A stretch of 64,000 bases of DNA. Origin: Candidatus Methylomirabilota bacterium. GTDB lineage: Bacteria > Methylomirabilota > Methylomirabilia > Rokubacteriales > CSP1-6. Below, in pieces: positions 29,166 through 38,480 of this stretch. The DNA is taken from positions 3,436 to 67,435 of the forward strand of contig DATFYA010000187.1 in the NCBI GenBank assembly GCA_035315345.1, in the 5' to 3' direction. The notes beneath the pieces are model-generated. The model was not told where the DNA came from, did no database searches, and saw nothing but the letters and a program-made list of their open reading frames with translations. The translations under genes were made by a program, and so were the position numbers. Positions within the stretch are counted from its first letter, which is position 1. Every line of letters begins with the position of its first letter.

Positions 29166-30038
29166 TCATCGTCCTCCCAGGTCCTCCGAGGTGGCGCAGC
29201 GAAAGCCCGTGTGGTGATGACCTCGGGCCAGGCCGCGGTGGTCCCCATCATACGAGTAGAAACGGCGGATCGTCACGCGCAGCGCCTCGGCCGGATCGTC
29301 GTGGCTGGCCCCCCGGACCACCCGCGTCGCGCGGAGGGACGACGCCTCTCGGCCGTCGTCGGGCCGGTACGGGTACGGCCGGTACTCGGAGGCCGTCCAT
29401 TCGCGGAGGTTGCCGAGCAGGTCCTGGACGCCGCTCGGCCCCTCGCCGCCCGGCCGGCGGTCGCCGCGGTCGGTGGCGTGGTAGTCCCGGCCGTACACCG
29501 CGAGATCGGGGGCGGGCGGCGCGTCGCCCCAGGGGTAGCGCCGCCGGTCCTCGCCGCGCGCGGCCTTCTCCCACTCGGCCTCGGTGGGCAGGCGCCGGCC
29601 CCGCCAGAGGCAATAGTCGCGCGCGCCGTACCAGGTCACCTCCACCGCCGGGTGATCCTCGAAGCCGGGGTCGGCGACGAAGCGCCCGTCGCGCCGGTGG
29701 ATGCGGGCGTCGGGGTCGTCGTGGTCGAAGTAGTCCAGGCCCTCCGAGCTGCGGAGACCGCGGGCATTCAGGAACCTCGCGAGCTCGCGGTTGGTGACCT
29801 TGTGCCGCTCGAGCCAGAAGTCGCGGACGTACACGCGATGCTGCGGCCTCTCGTCCGGCGCGTCGGTGTCGCTGCCCATCCAGAACGCGCCGGCCTGGAT
29901 GAGCATGATCCCGTCGGCGCGCGCGGCGCGGTCGGTCGATCCCACGAGGAGGAGACCGAGCGCCATCGCCAGCGCGAGAGTCCGGCGCGTCCACGCGGTC
30001 ACGCGCCTACGATAGCGTCCCGCAACCTTTACCGCCAT
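29166..30038 (-). CDS. formylglycine-generating enzyme (FGE-sulfatase/SUMF1) domain protein with Tat-like signal
   Basis: MAVKVAGRYRRRVTAWTRRTLALAMALGLLLV, then RVVRGASHDDPAEALRVTIRRFYSYDGDHRGLARG FGE-domain motifs. Confidence 0.75.
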   Translation of the reverse strand: MAVKVAGRYRRRVTAWTRRTLALAMALGLLLVGSTDRAARADGIMLIQAGAFWMGSDTDAPDERPQHRVYVRDFWLERHKVTNRELARFLNARGLRSSEGLDYFDHDDPDARIHRRDGRFVADPGFEDHPAVEVTWYGARDYCLWRGRRLPTEAEWEKAARGEDRRRYPWGDAPPAPDLAVYGRDYHATDRGDRRPGGEGPSGVQDLLGNLREWTASEYRPYPYRPDDGREASSLRATRVVRGASHDDPAEALRVTIRRFYSYDGDHRGLARGHHHTGFRCATSEDLGGR

Positions 30039-30065
30039 GGCGGATTCGGGTATGGTGAGGGCGCC

Positions 30066-32126
30066 ATGAACTCCCGATGGAGCGACGCCGACGCGCAGGA
30101 CAAGAACGATCTCGATCTCCTCGTCTACGCCTCGCGCCTGATCGGCGCCGAGACCACGCTGGTGGTCTGGGGCGGGGGCAACACGTCGGTGAAGCGCGAT
30201 GAGCACGATCACCGCGGCCGGCCGACACGCGTGCTGCGGGTGAAGGGCAGCGGCTCCGATCTCAAGAGCATCCAGAAGAAGGACTTCCCGGGCGTGCGGT
30301 TGGACGATGTGACCGCGCTGCTCGAGCGCGCGGACATGGGCGATCAGGAGATGGTGGACTATCTCGCCCACGCCCTGCAGGAGCCGTCGAGCCCGCGCCC
30401 GTCGATCGAGACGCTGCTCCACGGGTTCCTGCCCGCCACCGCGGTCATCCATACCCACGCGGACGCGGTGGTCTCGCTCACCAACAACGACCGCAGCCGC
30501 GACGTGCTTCGCGAGGTGTACGGCGACGAGGTCATCGCGCTGCCGTACCGGCGCCCCGGCTTCCTGATCTCGCGCGAGGTCGCCGAGGTGTTCGCCGCCC
30601 ATCCGCGCGCGCGGGCCATCCTGCTGGAGAAGCACGGCACGATCTGCTGGGGCGCCTCGGTGAAGGAAGCGTACCTGGCCACCATCGAGCTGATCAGCCG
30701 CGCCGAGGAGGCGATCGCCCATCGCGCCCGCGGCCGCACGCGCTTCGGCGGAGCCTCATTGACCGGTCCGCCCGTCGAGACACGACGGCGCGTGGCGTTG
30801 ACCGTCGCGCCGCACCTGCGCGGCCTCGTCGGGCGGAGCCGGCGTCAGGTGCTGTTCTTCGACGACTCGCCCGAGGTGCTGGAGTTCGCGGCCTCGCGCG
30901 AGGCCGACGCGCTCTGCCGCATCGGGCCGGCCACGCCGGATCATACGATCTTCACCAAGCGGCTGCCGTGCTTCGCGCCGGTGGACGATCCCGCCGATCC
31001 GGACTCGGTGCGGACGGGCGTGACCGCGGCGGTCGAGCGCTTCGTGGCCGACTACACCCGGTACTTCGAGTCGCACAACGACCAGGGCGCGACCCTGGCG
31101 GATCCGTTTCCGCGCGTGATCGTGGTGGGCGGTCTCGGGCTCTTCGCGGCCGGCAAGGACCGCCGCACCGCGGGGATCGTGGACGACATCTACCACCACA
31201 CCATCTCGGTCCTGGGGGCGGCCACCTCGTTCGGCCACTACGTGTCGCTCTCCGCGCGCGAGGCCTTCGACGTCGAGTACTGGCCGCTCGAGCTGTACAA
31301 GCTCTCGCTGGCACCGCCCGAGAAGGAGCTGGCGCGGCGCATCGCCCTGGTCACCGGCGGAGCCAGCGGCATCGGCCGCGCGGTGGCCCAGCGGCTGGCC
31401 GCCGAGGGCGGGCACGTGGTGGTGGCCGATCTCGACGCGGCGGGCGCGCGCAAGGTGGCCGAGGAGATCGTGAGCGCCAACGGTGCCGGCCGCGCCCTCG
31501 GTCTCGGCATGGACGTGACGGGCGAGGCGTCGGTGCGCGCCGCCTTCGAGGAGGCGGTGCTGGCCTACGGTGGCGTGGATATCGTGGTCTCCAACGCGGG
31601 GACCGCGCATTCCGCGCCGGTCGACCGCATGGAGCTGGCCGACTGGGAGCGTTCGTTCGCGGTGAACGCCACCGGCCACTTCCTGGTCGCGCGGGAGGGC
31701 ATGCGCATTCTGAAAACGCAGGGCCTCGGGGGCGCGTTCGTGTTCGTGGCCACCAAGAACGTGATGTCGCCGGGCAAGGATTTCTCCGCGTACTCGGCGT
31801 CGAAGGCGGCCGAGGCGCAGCTGGCCAAGGTGCTCTCCCTGGAGGGCGGGCCACACGGCATCCGCTCGAACATCGTCAACCCCGACGCGGTCTTTCGCGA
31901 CTCCAAGCTGTGGTCGGACGACGTGCGGCGGGAGCGGGCGCGCGCGCAGGGCATCACCGTCGACGAGCTCGAGGACTTCTATCGCAAGCGCAATATCCTC
32001 GCCCGGCCGATCCTGCCCGAGGACGTCGCGGAGGCGGTGCTGTTCCTGGCCTCCGATCGCTCGGCCAAGACCACCGGCTGCACGATCACGGTGGACGGCG
32101 GCGTGAAGGACGCCTTCCCGCGATAG
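30066..32126 (+). CDS. bifunctional class II aldolase (rhamnulose-1-phosphate aldolase-like) / short-chain dehydrogenase
   Basis: N-terminal class II aldolase/adducin domain and C-terminal SDR (ALVTGGASGIGRAVA ... YSASKAA). 686 aa. Real start is the internal ATG of ORF 29160..32126. Confidence 0.8.
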   Translation: MNSRWSDADAQDKNDLDLLVYASRLIGAETTLVVWGGGNTSVKRDEHDHRGRPTRVLRVKGSGSDLKSIQKKDFPGVRLDDVTALLERADMGDQEMVDYLAHALQEPSSPRPSIETLLHGFLPATAVIHTHADAVVSLTNNDRSRDVLREVYGDEVIALPYRRPGFLISREVAEVFAAHPRARAILLEKHGTICWGASVKEAYLATIELISRAEEAIAHRARGRTRFGGASLTGPPVETRRRVALTVAPHLRGLVGRSRRQVLFFDDSPEVLEFAASREADALCRIGPATPDHTIFTKRLPCFAPVDDPADPDSVRTGVTAAVERFVADYTRYFESHNDQGATLADPFPRVIVVGGLGLFAAGKDRRTAGIVDDIYHHTISVLGAATSFGHYVSLSAREAFDVEYWPLELYKLSLAPPEKELARRIALVTGGASGIGRAVAQRLAAEGGHVVVADLDAAGARKVAEEIVSANGAGRALGLGMDVTGEASVRAAFEEAVLAYGGVDIVVSNAGTAHSAPVDRMELADWERSFAVNATGHFLVAREGMRILKTQGLGGAFVFVATKNVMSPGKDFSAYSASKAAEAQLAKVLSLEGGPHGIRSNIVNPDAVFRDSKLWSDDVRRERARAQGITVDELEDFYRKRNILARPILPEDVAEAVLFLASDRSAKTTGCTITVDGGVKDAFPR

Positions 32127-32128
32127 CC

Positions 32129-33067
32129 ATGGGCTCGGCCGGTCCGCTCGGGTTCGGCGCGTTCCTGTCGATGCACCCGCCCGAGGAGCAGTTCGCCCTG
32201 GCCCAGCGCTGCGAGGCCCTCGGCCTGGACTCGCTCTGGACGGGCGATCACGTGTCCTTCCACAACCCGCTCTACGAATCGCTCACGCTGCTCGCCGCCT
32301 ACGCCGGCATCACCACGCGCATCCGGCTGGGGAGCGGCGTCTACCTGCTCGCGCTTCGCCAGCCGACCGTAGTGGCCAAGATCACCTCCACGCTCGACAC
32401 GCTGTGCGGTGGTCGGCTGATCTTCGGGGTCGGGGTCGGCGGCGAGAACCCGAAGGAGTTCGAGGCGTGCGGTGTCCCGCACAACGAGCGGGGGGCGCGG
32501 GTCAGCGAGGGCATCGACGTGGTGCGGACGCTGTGGCGCGACACTCCCGCCTCGTTCCGCGGACGCTTCACCCGGTTCGAGAACGTCAGCATCGACCCGA
32601 AGCCTCTGCAGAAGCCGGGCCCGCCCATCTGGATCGGCGGGCGGTCCGACGCGGCCCTGGCCCGCGCGGGGCGCCAGGGGGACGGCTGGATCTCGTACGT
32701 GGTCCAGCCGGAGCGCTACGCCCAGAGCCTGGGGAAGATCCGTCGGGCCGCCGAGGCGGCGGGCCGTGGGCTCGATGGCTTCGTCACCGCCCATCTCACC
32801 TTCGTGACCGTCGGGCGCGACTACGAGACGGCGGAGCGCAGCTGGGTACGCACGCTCTCGAGCCGCTACGCGCAGGACTTCGGGCCGCTGGCCCGCAAGT
32901 ACGGAGTGATCGGCACGCCCGATCAGTGTGCCGAGCAGATCGGCCGCTTCGCGCAGGCCGGTTGCCACTACTTCGTGATGAACCCCATCGGGGATCCCGC
33001 CGACGAGCGCGCCCAGCTGGAGATGATCGCGGGCGAGGTCATCCCGCGCGTCCAGAAGGGCGCATGA
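32129..33067 (+). CDS. LLM-class flavin/F420-dependent oxidoreductase
   Basis: MGSAGPLGFGAFLSMHPPEEQFALAQRCEALGLDSLWTGDHVSFHNP, LLM fold. Confidence 0.8.
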   Translation: MGSAGPLGFGAFLSMHPPEEQFALAQRCEALGLDSLWTGDHVSFHNPLYESLTLLAAYAGITTRIRLGSGVYLLALRQPTVVAKITSTLDTLCGGRLIFGVGVGGENPKEFEACGVPHNERGARVSEGIDVVRTLWRDTPASFRGRFTRFENVSIDPKPLQKPGPPIWIGGRSDAALARAGRQGDGWISYVVQPERYAQSLGKIRRAAEAAGRGLDGFVTAHLTFVTVGRDYETAERSWVRTLSSRYAQDFGPLARKYGVIGTPDQCAEQIGRFAQAGCHYFVMNPIGDPADERAQLEMIAGEVIPRVQKGA

Positions 33068-33110
33068 GCGGAGCGCAGCACCCGGCTCTCCGTGCCGGGC
33101 GGAGGCCCGG

Positions 33111-33812
33111 ATGAAGCCGCGCGAATGCCGGTCCGAGGTCACCGCGGTGCGCGCGCTCACGCCCGAGATCATCGAGGTGGACCTCGAGATCATCGAGCCC
33201 GCCGACTTCACGTTCGAGGCCGGGCAGTGGATCTCGGTGCCCTTCGGGCCCAAGATCGTTCGCGCCTGGAGCATGGTGTCGTCGCCCACCCGCAAGGGCG
33301 CCCTGACGCTCGCGATCGACGTGGCCCCCGGCGGCATCGGCTCGCAGTGGGTGCGGGCGCTCGAGCCCGGCGCGGCGGTCTCGTTCAAGGGGCCGACCGG
33401 CGGCTTCGTGTTCAATCGCGCCGATCCCCGGCGCGTCGTGTTCGTGGCCGAGGAGATCGGCATCGTGCCGATCCGCTCCATGCTCACGCACCTGTACGAG
33501 ACCGGCCACGGCCGCCCCACCGCGCTCATCTACTGGGCCCGAAACCCGGGCTGGCTCGTCTACGACGCCGACTTCCGGTCGCTCGCGCGACGCTACCCGG
33601 CGTTCTCCTATCTGCCGGTGCTGCGCGAGCCGCCCGCCACCTGGCGGGGCGAGAAGGGCGAGCCGGCCGAGGCGGTCGAGCGGCTCGTGTTCGGCGTGGA
33701 TCACCTGGTCGTCTACGCCTGCGGCGGCGGCGAGACCATCAACCGCGTGCGCGACGTGCTCGTGAAGAAGGGGATGGACCGGAAGAGCGTGAAGTGGGAG
33801 AAGTTCTGGTGA
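33111..33812 (+). CDS. FNR-like FAD/NAD(P)-binding oxidoreductase (flavin reductase candidate)
   Basis: RAWSMVSSP ... GPTGGFVF ... VFVAEEIGIVPIRSML ... VYACGGGE, ferredoxin-NADP reductase family architecture. Confidence 0.6.
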   Translation: MKPRECRSEVTAVRALTPEIIEVDLEIIEPADFTFEAGQWISVPFGPKIVRAWSMVSSPTRKGALTLAIDVAPGGIGSQWVRALEPGAAVSFKGPTGGFVFNRADPRRVVFVAEEIGIVPIRSMLTHLYETGHGRPTALIYWARNPGWLVYDADFRSLARRYPAFSYLPVLREPPATWRGEKGEPAEAVERLVFGVDHLVVYACGGGETINRVRDVLVKKGMDRKSVKWEKFW

Positions 33813-34228
33813 AGGCGCAGGTCTACCACCTGCTGATCAACGTGCGCGATCCGAAGGTCTCGCTGCCGTTCTACCGCGATCTGCTCGGGTACCTCGAATA
33901 CCGCCCGGTCTACCAGACCGACACGGTGGCCGGCTTCTCGGCCGGGAGCGGCGCCGACATCTGGGTGATGGGAGCCGATCCCGCGCACGTCGGCCACGGG
34001 TTCCACCGGAAGCGCGCCGGACTCAACCATCTGGCCCTCCGCGTCCCGCAGCGAGAGGACGTGGACCGGTTCCGCGACGAGTTCATGGCGCCGCACCGGC
34101 TGCCCTCGCTCTATCAGACCCCGCGCGAGTTTCCGGAGTATCGCCCCGGCTACTACGCGGTGTTCTTCGAGGATCCGGATCGGCTGAAGCTGGAGGTCGT
34201 GCACATCCCGGCCGCCGCGCATGGCTGA
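33809..34228 (+). CDS. VOC (glyoxalase/bleomycin resistance/dioxygenase) family protein
   Basis: GTG start overlaps the upstream stop. 139 aa, HLLINVRDPKVSLPFYRDLLGY ... NHLALRV ... YYAVFFEDPDRLKLEV. Confidence 0.6.
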   Translation: MKAQVYHLLINVRDPKVSLPFYRDLLGYLEYRPVYQTDTVAGFSAGSGADIWVMGADPAHVGHGFHRKRAGLNHLALRVPQREDVDRFRDEFMAPHRLPSLYQTPREFPEYRPGYYAVFFEDPDRLKLEVVHIPAAAHG

Positions 34229-35873
34229 GCTCAACGGCGGGCACCTGGTCGCGCGTACCCTGCGCCAGGCCGGCGTCGGTCACGTCTTCACGCTCTGCGG
34301 CGGCCACATCCTGCCGATCTACGACGGCTGCCTCACCGAGGGCGTGCAGATCGTGGACATGCGGCACGAGCAGGCCTGCACCCACGCCGCGGACGCCTAC
34401 GCCCGGCTCACTCGCAATATCGGGGTGGCGCTGGTGACCGCGGGCCCCGGCGTCACCGACGCGGTCACCGGCATCGCCAACGCGCAGTCGGCGCGGAGCC
34501 CGGTCCTGCTCATCGGTGGCGCCGCGCCACTCGGGCTGCGCGGGCTGGGCTCGTTGCAGGAAGTCGAGCAGGTGGACCTGCTGCGGCCGATCACCAAGGG
34601 GTCGTGGACGGTATCCGAGACGCGCCAGATCCCGGAGGTGCTCACCACCGCCATCCGCCACGCGCTCACCGGTCGACCGGGCCCCGTGTTCGTCGAGATC
34701 CCCGTCGACCTCCTCATGACCGTGGTCGAGGACCGCCTCGCTCCGATCCCGACCGCCTACGCCCATCGTCGGCCGAGCGCGCCCGACCCCGAGTCGGTGC
34801 AGCAGCTGGCGAGCCTGCTCGGCCGCGCGGAGCGGCCGGTGGTGATGGCCGGCGGCGGCGTCTACTGGGACGACGCGGCCAAGGAGCTGCAGGCGCTGGC
34901 CGAGGAGGCCGGGGTGCCCGTGTTCATGAACGGCGCGGGCCGGGGCTGCCTGCCGCACGATCACCCGCTCGCCTTCGCGCAGGCGCGCGGCTTCGCGCTG
35001 GGCCAGGCCGACGTCGTGCTGGTACTCGGCACTCCGCTCGACTTCCGGCTCGGCTACGGGCGGCCCCCGTCCTTCGCGGAGACGGCGCAGGTGGCGATGG
35101 TGGATTGCGATCCCGCGGAGCTGGGCCGCAACCGGCCGCTCGCCGTGGGGCTCACGAGCCACATCGGGCTCACGGTGCGCGCGCTCGCCGACGCCCTGCC
35201 GCGCGACCTCGCCACCCGGCTCGAGCCGTGGCGGCAGGCGGTGCGGACGAAGGAGGCCGACGCGCAGGCGCGGCTGATGGTCGAGCGGCAGTCCGACGAC
35301 GTGCCGATCAGCCACTACCGCCTGGCTCACGAGATCGCGGCGATGGTGGACGCGCGCACCGCCGTCGTCGGGGACGGCGGTGACGTGGTCGGCTGCGCCG
35401 CCAAGATCGTGTCGCTCTCTCGACCCGGCCAATGGCTCGATCCCGGCCCCTTCGGCTGCCTGGGGGTCGGCCCGTCCTTCGCGATCGCGGCGAAGCTGCT
35501 GCGTCCGGAGCAGCGCGTGCTGCTGATCGCGGGCGACGGCGCCTTCGGGCTCAACGGTATGGAGATCGAGACCGCGGTGCGGTTCGGCCTGCCGATGACA
35601 GTGGTGATCGGCAACGATGGCGGGTGGGGGCAGATCCGCAACCCGCAGCTGTCGTTCTTCGGCGCCGAGCGCGCGGTGGCGACCTCGCTGCCCTTCACGC
35701 GCTACGATCGGATGGTCGAGGCGCTCGGCGGCAAGGGCATTCACGTGACCGAGCCGCGCCAGCTGAGGCCCGCGCTCGAGCGCGCCCTCGATTCGGACGA
35801 GGTGTACGTCATCGACGTGGTGCTGGACCCCGCCGCCTACCGTCGCACCGGTCAGGTGTCCATGGCGATATGA
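34221..35873 (+). CDS. thiamine pyrophosphate-dependent enzyme (acetolactate synthase / 2-hydroxyacyl-CoA lyase family)
   Basis: N-terminal pyrimidine-binding domain, then GDGAFGLNGMEIETAVRFGLPMTVVIGNDGGWG ThDP motif. Confidence 0.8.
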   Translation: MAELNGGHLVARTLRQAGVGHVFTLCGGHILPIYDGCLTEGVQIVDMRHEQACTHAADAYARLTRNIGVALVTAGPGVTDAVTGIANAQSARSPVLLIGGAAPLGLRGLGSLQEVEQVDLLRPITKGSWTVSETRQIPEVLTTAIRHALTGRPGPVFVEIPVDLLMTVVEDRLAPIPTAYAHRRPSAPDPESVQQLASLLGRAERPVVMAGGGVYWDDAAKELQALAEEAGVPVFMNGAGRGCLPHDHPLAFAQARGFALGQADVVLVLGTPLDFRLGYGRPPSFAETAQVAMVDCDPAELGRNRPLAVGLTSHIGLTVRALADALPRDLATRLEPWRQAVRTKEADAQARLMVERQSDDVPISHYRLAHEIAAMVDARTAVVGDGGDVVGCAAKIVSLSRPGQWLDPGPFGCLGVGPSFAIAAKLLRPEQRVLLIAGDGAFGLNGMEIETAVRFGLPMTVVIGNDGGWGQIRNPQLSFFGAERAVATSLPFTRYDRMVEALGGKGIHVTEPRQLRPALERALDSDEVYVIDVVLDPAAYRRTGQVSMAI

Positions 35874-35883
35874 CCCGGCCGAG

Positions 35884-36903
35884 ATGAAGGTCACGTTCCT
35901 GTGCCCGCACCTGCGCGTCGCGGGCGGCGTCCGGGCGATCCTCATCCACGCCGATCGTCTGGCGCAGCGGGGCCACGAGGTCACGCTGGTCGTGCCGGCG
36001 GGGGGTACGCTCACCGCGGGGTGGCGCAATCGCCGCCCGCGGGGGCCCGACTGGATGCCGGACCTGCGGGCCCGGGTGCGATGGGTGCCCGAGTGGAGTC
36101 CCGCGCGCATCCCCGACGGCGACGCGGTCGTGGCCACCGCGTGGCAGTCGGTCGACGCGGTGGCGGCCGCGTCCGATTCGGCGGGCCGCAAGTTCTACTT
36201 CATCCAGCACCTCGAGAGTCTCTATCACGGTGACGCAGAACGGGTGGATGCGACCTATCGGAGCCCGTTGCGGAAGCTCGTGATCTCAACCTGGCTGGCC
36301 GATGCGATGGCCGAGCGCTTCGACTCGCCGGCGGCGGTGATCGTGACCCCGGTGGACCCGACGCTCTTCCACCCGGTCCCGGTGGACGACGATCGCGCGC
36401 TGCGAGTGCTGATGCTGTTCCACGAGTATCCGTGGAAGGGAGTGGCGGAGGGCATCGAGGCCTTTGCGCGGGTGCGCACGCGCCACCCGCGCGCGATGCT
36501 CGTGGGCTTCGGCGTCAAGCGCCCGAAGTCGCCGCTGCCCTTCGCGGAGTTCCACGAGAACCTGCCGCAGGACCGCCTGGCCTGGCTCTACAGCCGATGC
36601 CCGATCTATCTCTGTCCGTCGTGGGACGAGGGGCTGGGCATGCCCTCCATGGAGGCGATGGCGTGCGGGGCGGCCCTCTGCACCTACGACAACGGCGGCT
36701 CCCGCGACTACGCCATCGACGGCCGGACCGCGCTGGTGGCGCCCCGGCGGGATCTGGACGCCCTGACCCGGGGGCTGAGCCGGCTGCTGGAGGATGCGGA
36801 GCTACGACGGCGAGTGGCGCGGGAGGGGCAGGACTTCGTGAGGACTCAGTTCGACTGGGAGCGCGCTACCGCGCGGCTGGAGTCGATCCTGGCCGCGCGG
36901 TAG
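35884..36903 (+). CDS. glycosyltransferase (GT-B, family 4-like)
   Basis: C-terminal PSWDEGLGMPSMEAMACGAALCTYDNGG motif (E-x7-E type). Confidence 0.7.
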   Translation: MKVTFLCPHLRVAGGVRAILIHADRLAQRGHEVTLVVPAGGTLTAGWRNRRPRGPDWMPDLRARVRWVPEWSPARIPDGDAVVATAWQSVDAVAAASDSAGRKFYFIQHLESLYHGDAERVDATYRSPLRKLVISTWLADAMAERFDSPAAVIVTPVDPTLFHPVPVDDDRALRVLMLFHEYPWKGVAEGIEAFARVRTRHPRAMLVGFGVKRPKSPLPFAEFHENLPQDRLAWLYSRCPIYLCPSWDEGLGMPSMEAMACGAALCTYDNGGSRDYAIDGRTALVAPRRDLDALTRGLSRLLEDAELRRRVAREGQDFVRTQFDWERATARLESILAAR

Positions 36904-36917
36904 CGGGGAGAATCAGG

Positions 36918-37241
36918 CTAGGCGGAGACTCCGACCTGCTCGACGGCGACGTGGGCCATGCCGGCGCGCCGCGGACGCAGCGTGCGGTTGGTCCACCGCG
37001 CGACCACGTGGCCCAGCGTCTGCTCCTCGATCAGGCCTTCCGACTTCAGCTGCTTGAAGACCTGGGTCCAGCCGGAGCTCTGCTGCGCCAGGAAAAGAAT
37101 CTCGTCGAGGCTCTTCCGCGCCGGCACGGCGGGCGTGCTCTGCGCGTCGTACAGGGCGTGCGCGATCTGCGAATCCGAGGGCATCGCGCTCGGCTCGCGT
37201 CGATACCCGGAGCCGACCAGCAACCGGAGCGTCGTCGTCAT
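36918..37241 (-). CDS. hypothetical protein (107 aa)
   Basis: ORF 36918..37289, trimmed to ATG (MTTTLRLL...) preceded by GGGGAGGAA 8 nt upstream. No recognisable domain. Confidence 0.35.
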   Translation of the reverse strand: MTTTLRLLVGSGYRREPSAMPSDSQIAHALYDAQSTPAVPARKSLDEILFLAQQSSGWTQVFKQLKSEGLIEEQTLGHVVARWTNRTLRPRRAGMAHVAVEQVGVSA

Positions 37242-37691
37242 GGCTCGTTCCTCCCCTGTGGCGATTCCGGCGGAACCCGTCTGGCTCATCGGCCGTGGCC
37301 GCGTTGGTGATGCGGGAGGCGATGGGCTCGGGCGAGCTGACCGGGGTACTCGTGCGGGGACTCCAGGGTATGACGCTCCCGGAGCCCTCCTCGGGCACCG
37401 TGAAGTCCCGCGATGCGGTGCCGGTGGTGACCTGCGCCCGACTTCATCTCGCCGGGCCGGCTTCCACCGGGCCTCGCGCCCTTCACGCTGCTGCCGTCCG
37501 CAAAGTCCGCCATGGCTAATGCCGGTCCTTGCTAGGGCAAACTCGGTGCCAGGCGAAGAACGGTTGGAAACGTCTGCGGCTACCGTGACTTACGAAGCAG
37601 CACGTTCCGGGTCGCCCGGAGGCAGGTGACGAGGAACGCCAGACAGTGTACCGATTTAGGACGCCTCCGGGCTCGCCCGCAGGAACTGCGG

Positions 37692-38480
37692 CTAGCGGGG
37701 CAGCCAGTCCCGCAACGGCTTGACGATCGCGCCGGCCTTGACCAGGCCCTCCCGCACCGCCGCGACGATCTTGTCCGAGCCGGGGCTGTCGCCGTGGATG
37801 CAGATCGTCGCGACGTTCGCGTCGATCACCTTGCCGGTGATGGTGCGGACCTTGCCCTCCATGGCCATGCGCACGGCCTGGTCGGCTGCCTTGGCCGGAT
37901 CGGTGATCAGCGCGTCCTTGCCGAGCTTGCGGGTGACCAGCTGGCCGTCGTCGGCATAGACGCGGTCGGCGAAGCCCTCGGCGGCGATGCGCACGCCCGT
38001 CACCTTCCGCGCCTCCGCGTCGTACTTGGTCATGGCCATCGTCATCAGGATGATCTCGGGGTCCAGCTCGAGCACCTGCTCGGCGCTCGCCCGTCCCAAT
38101 GGCAGATTTTCTTCGAACATGTGGTACTGGATGCCGTGCGGCTTCACGTGCTGGATGCGGGTGCCCGCGGCCTGCGCGAAGGCGGCGAGGGCGCCGACCT
38201 GGTAGCGGTGGATGTCCTTCAGCTCGGCGGGGGACACGTCCATGCGGCGCCGTCCGAAGCCCATCAGATCGGGCAACCCCGGGTGCGCCCCCACCGCGAC
38301 GCCGTGCTGGATGGCCAGCTCCACGGTCCGGCGCATGACGTGCGGGTCACCGCCGTGGAAGCCGCAGGCGATGTTGGCCGAGGTGATGTTGGGCATCACC
38401 TCCTCGTCGTGACCGAGGGTCCAGCGGCCGTAGCTCTCTCCCATGTCGCAGTTGATGTCGATGTGGACGGGCTGGCTCAT
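37692..38480 (-). CDS. pxpA: 5-oxoprolinase subunit A (LamB/YcsF family)
   Basis: MSQPVHIDINCDMGESYGRWTLGHDEEVMPNITSANIACGFHGGDPHVM. ATGA overlap with the upstream LLM gene. Confidence 0.8.
   Translation of the reverse strand: MSQPVHIDINCDMGESYGRWTLGHDEEVMPNITSANIACGFHGGDPHVMRRTVELAIQHGVAVGAHPGLPDLMGFGRRRMDVSPAELKDIHRYQVGALAAFAQAAGTRIQHVKPHGIQYHMFEENLPLGRASAEQVLELDPEIILMTMAMTKYDAEARKVTGVRIAAEGFADRVYADDGQLVTRKLGKDALITDPAKAADQAVRMAMEGKVRTITGKVIDANVATICIHGDSPGSDKIVAAVREGLVKAGAIVKPLRDWLPR

Noticed and set aside
37286-37519. Small ORFs 37286..37513 (-) and 37295..37519 (+) in the 450-bp gap
   Set aside because: No RBS, and Gly/Arg/His/Pro-rich composition typical of random GC-rich ORFs. The region is treated as non-coding.
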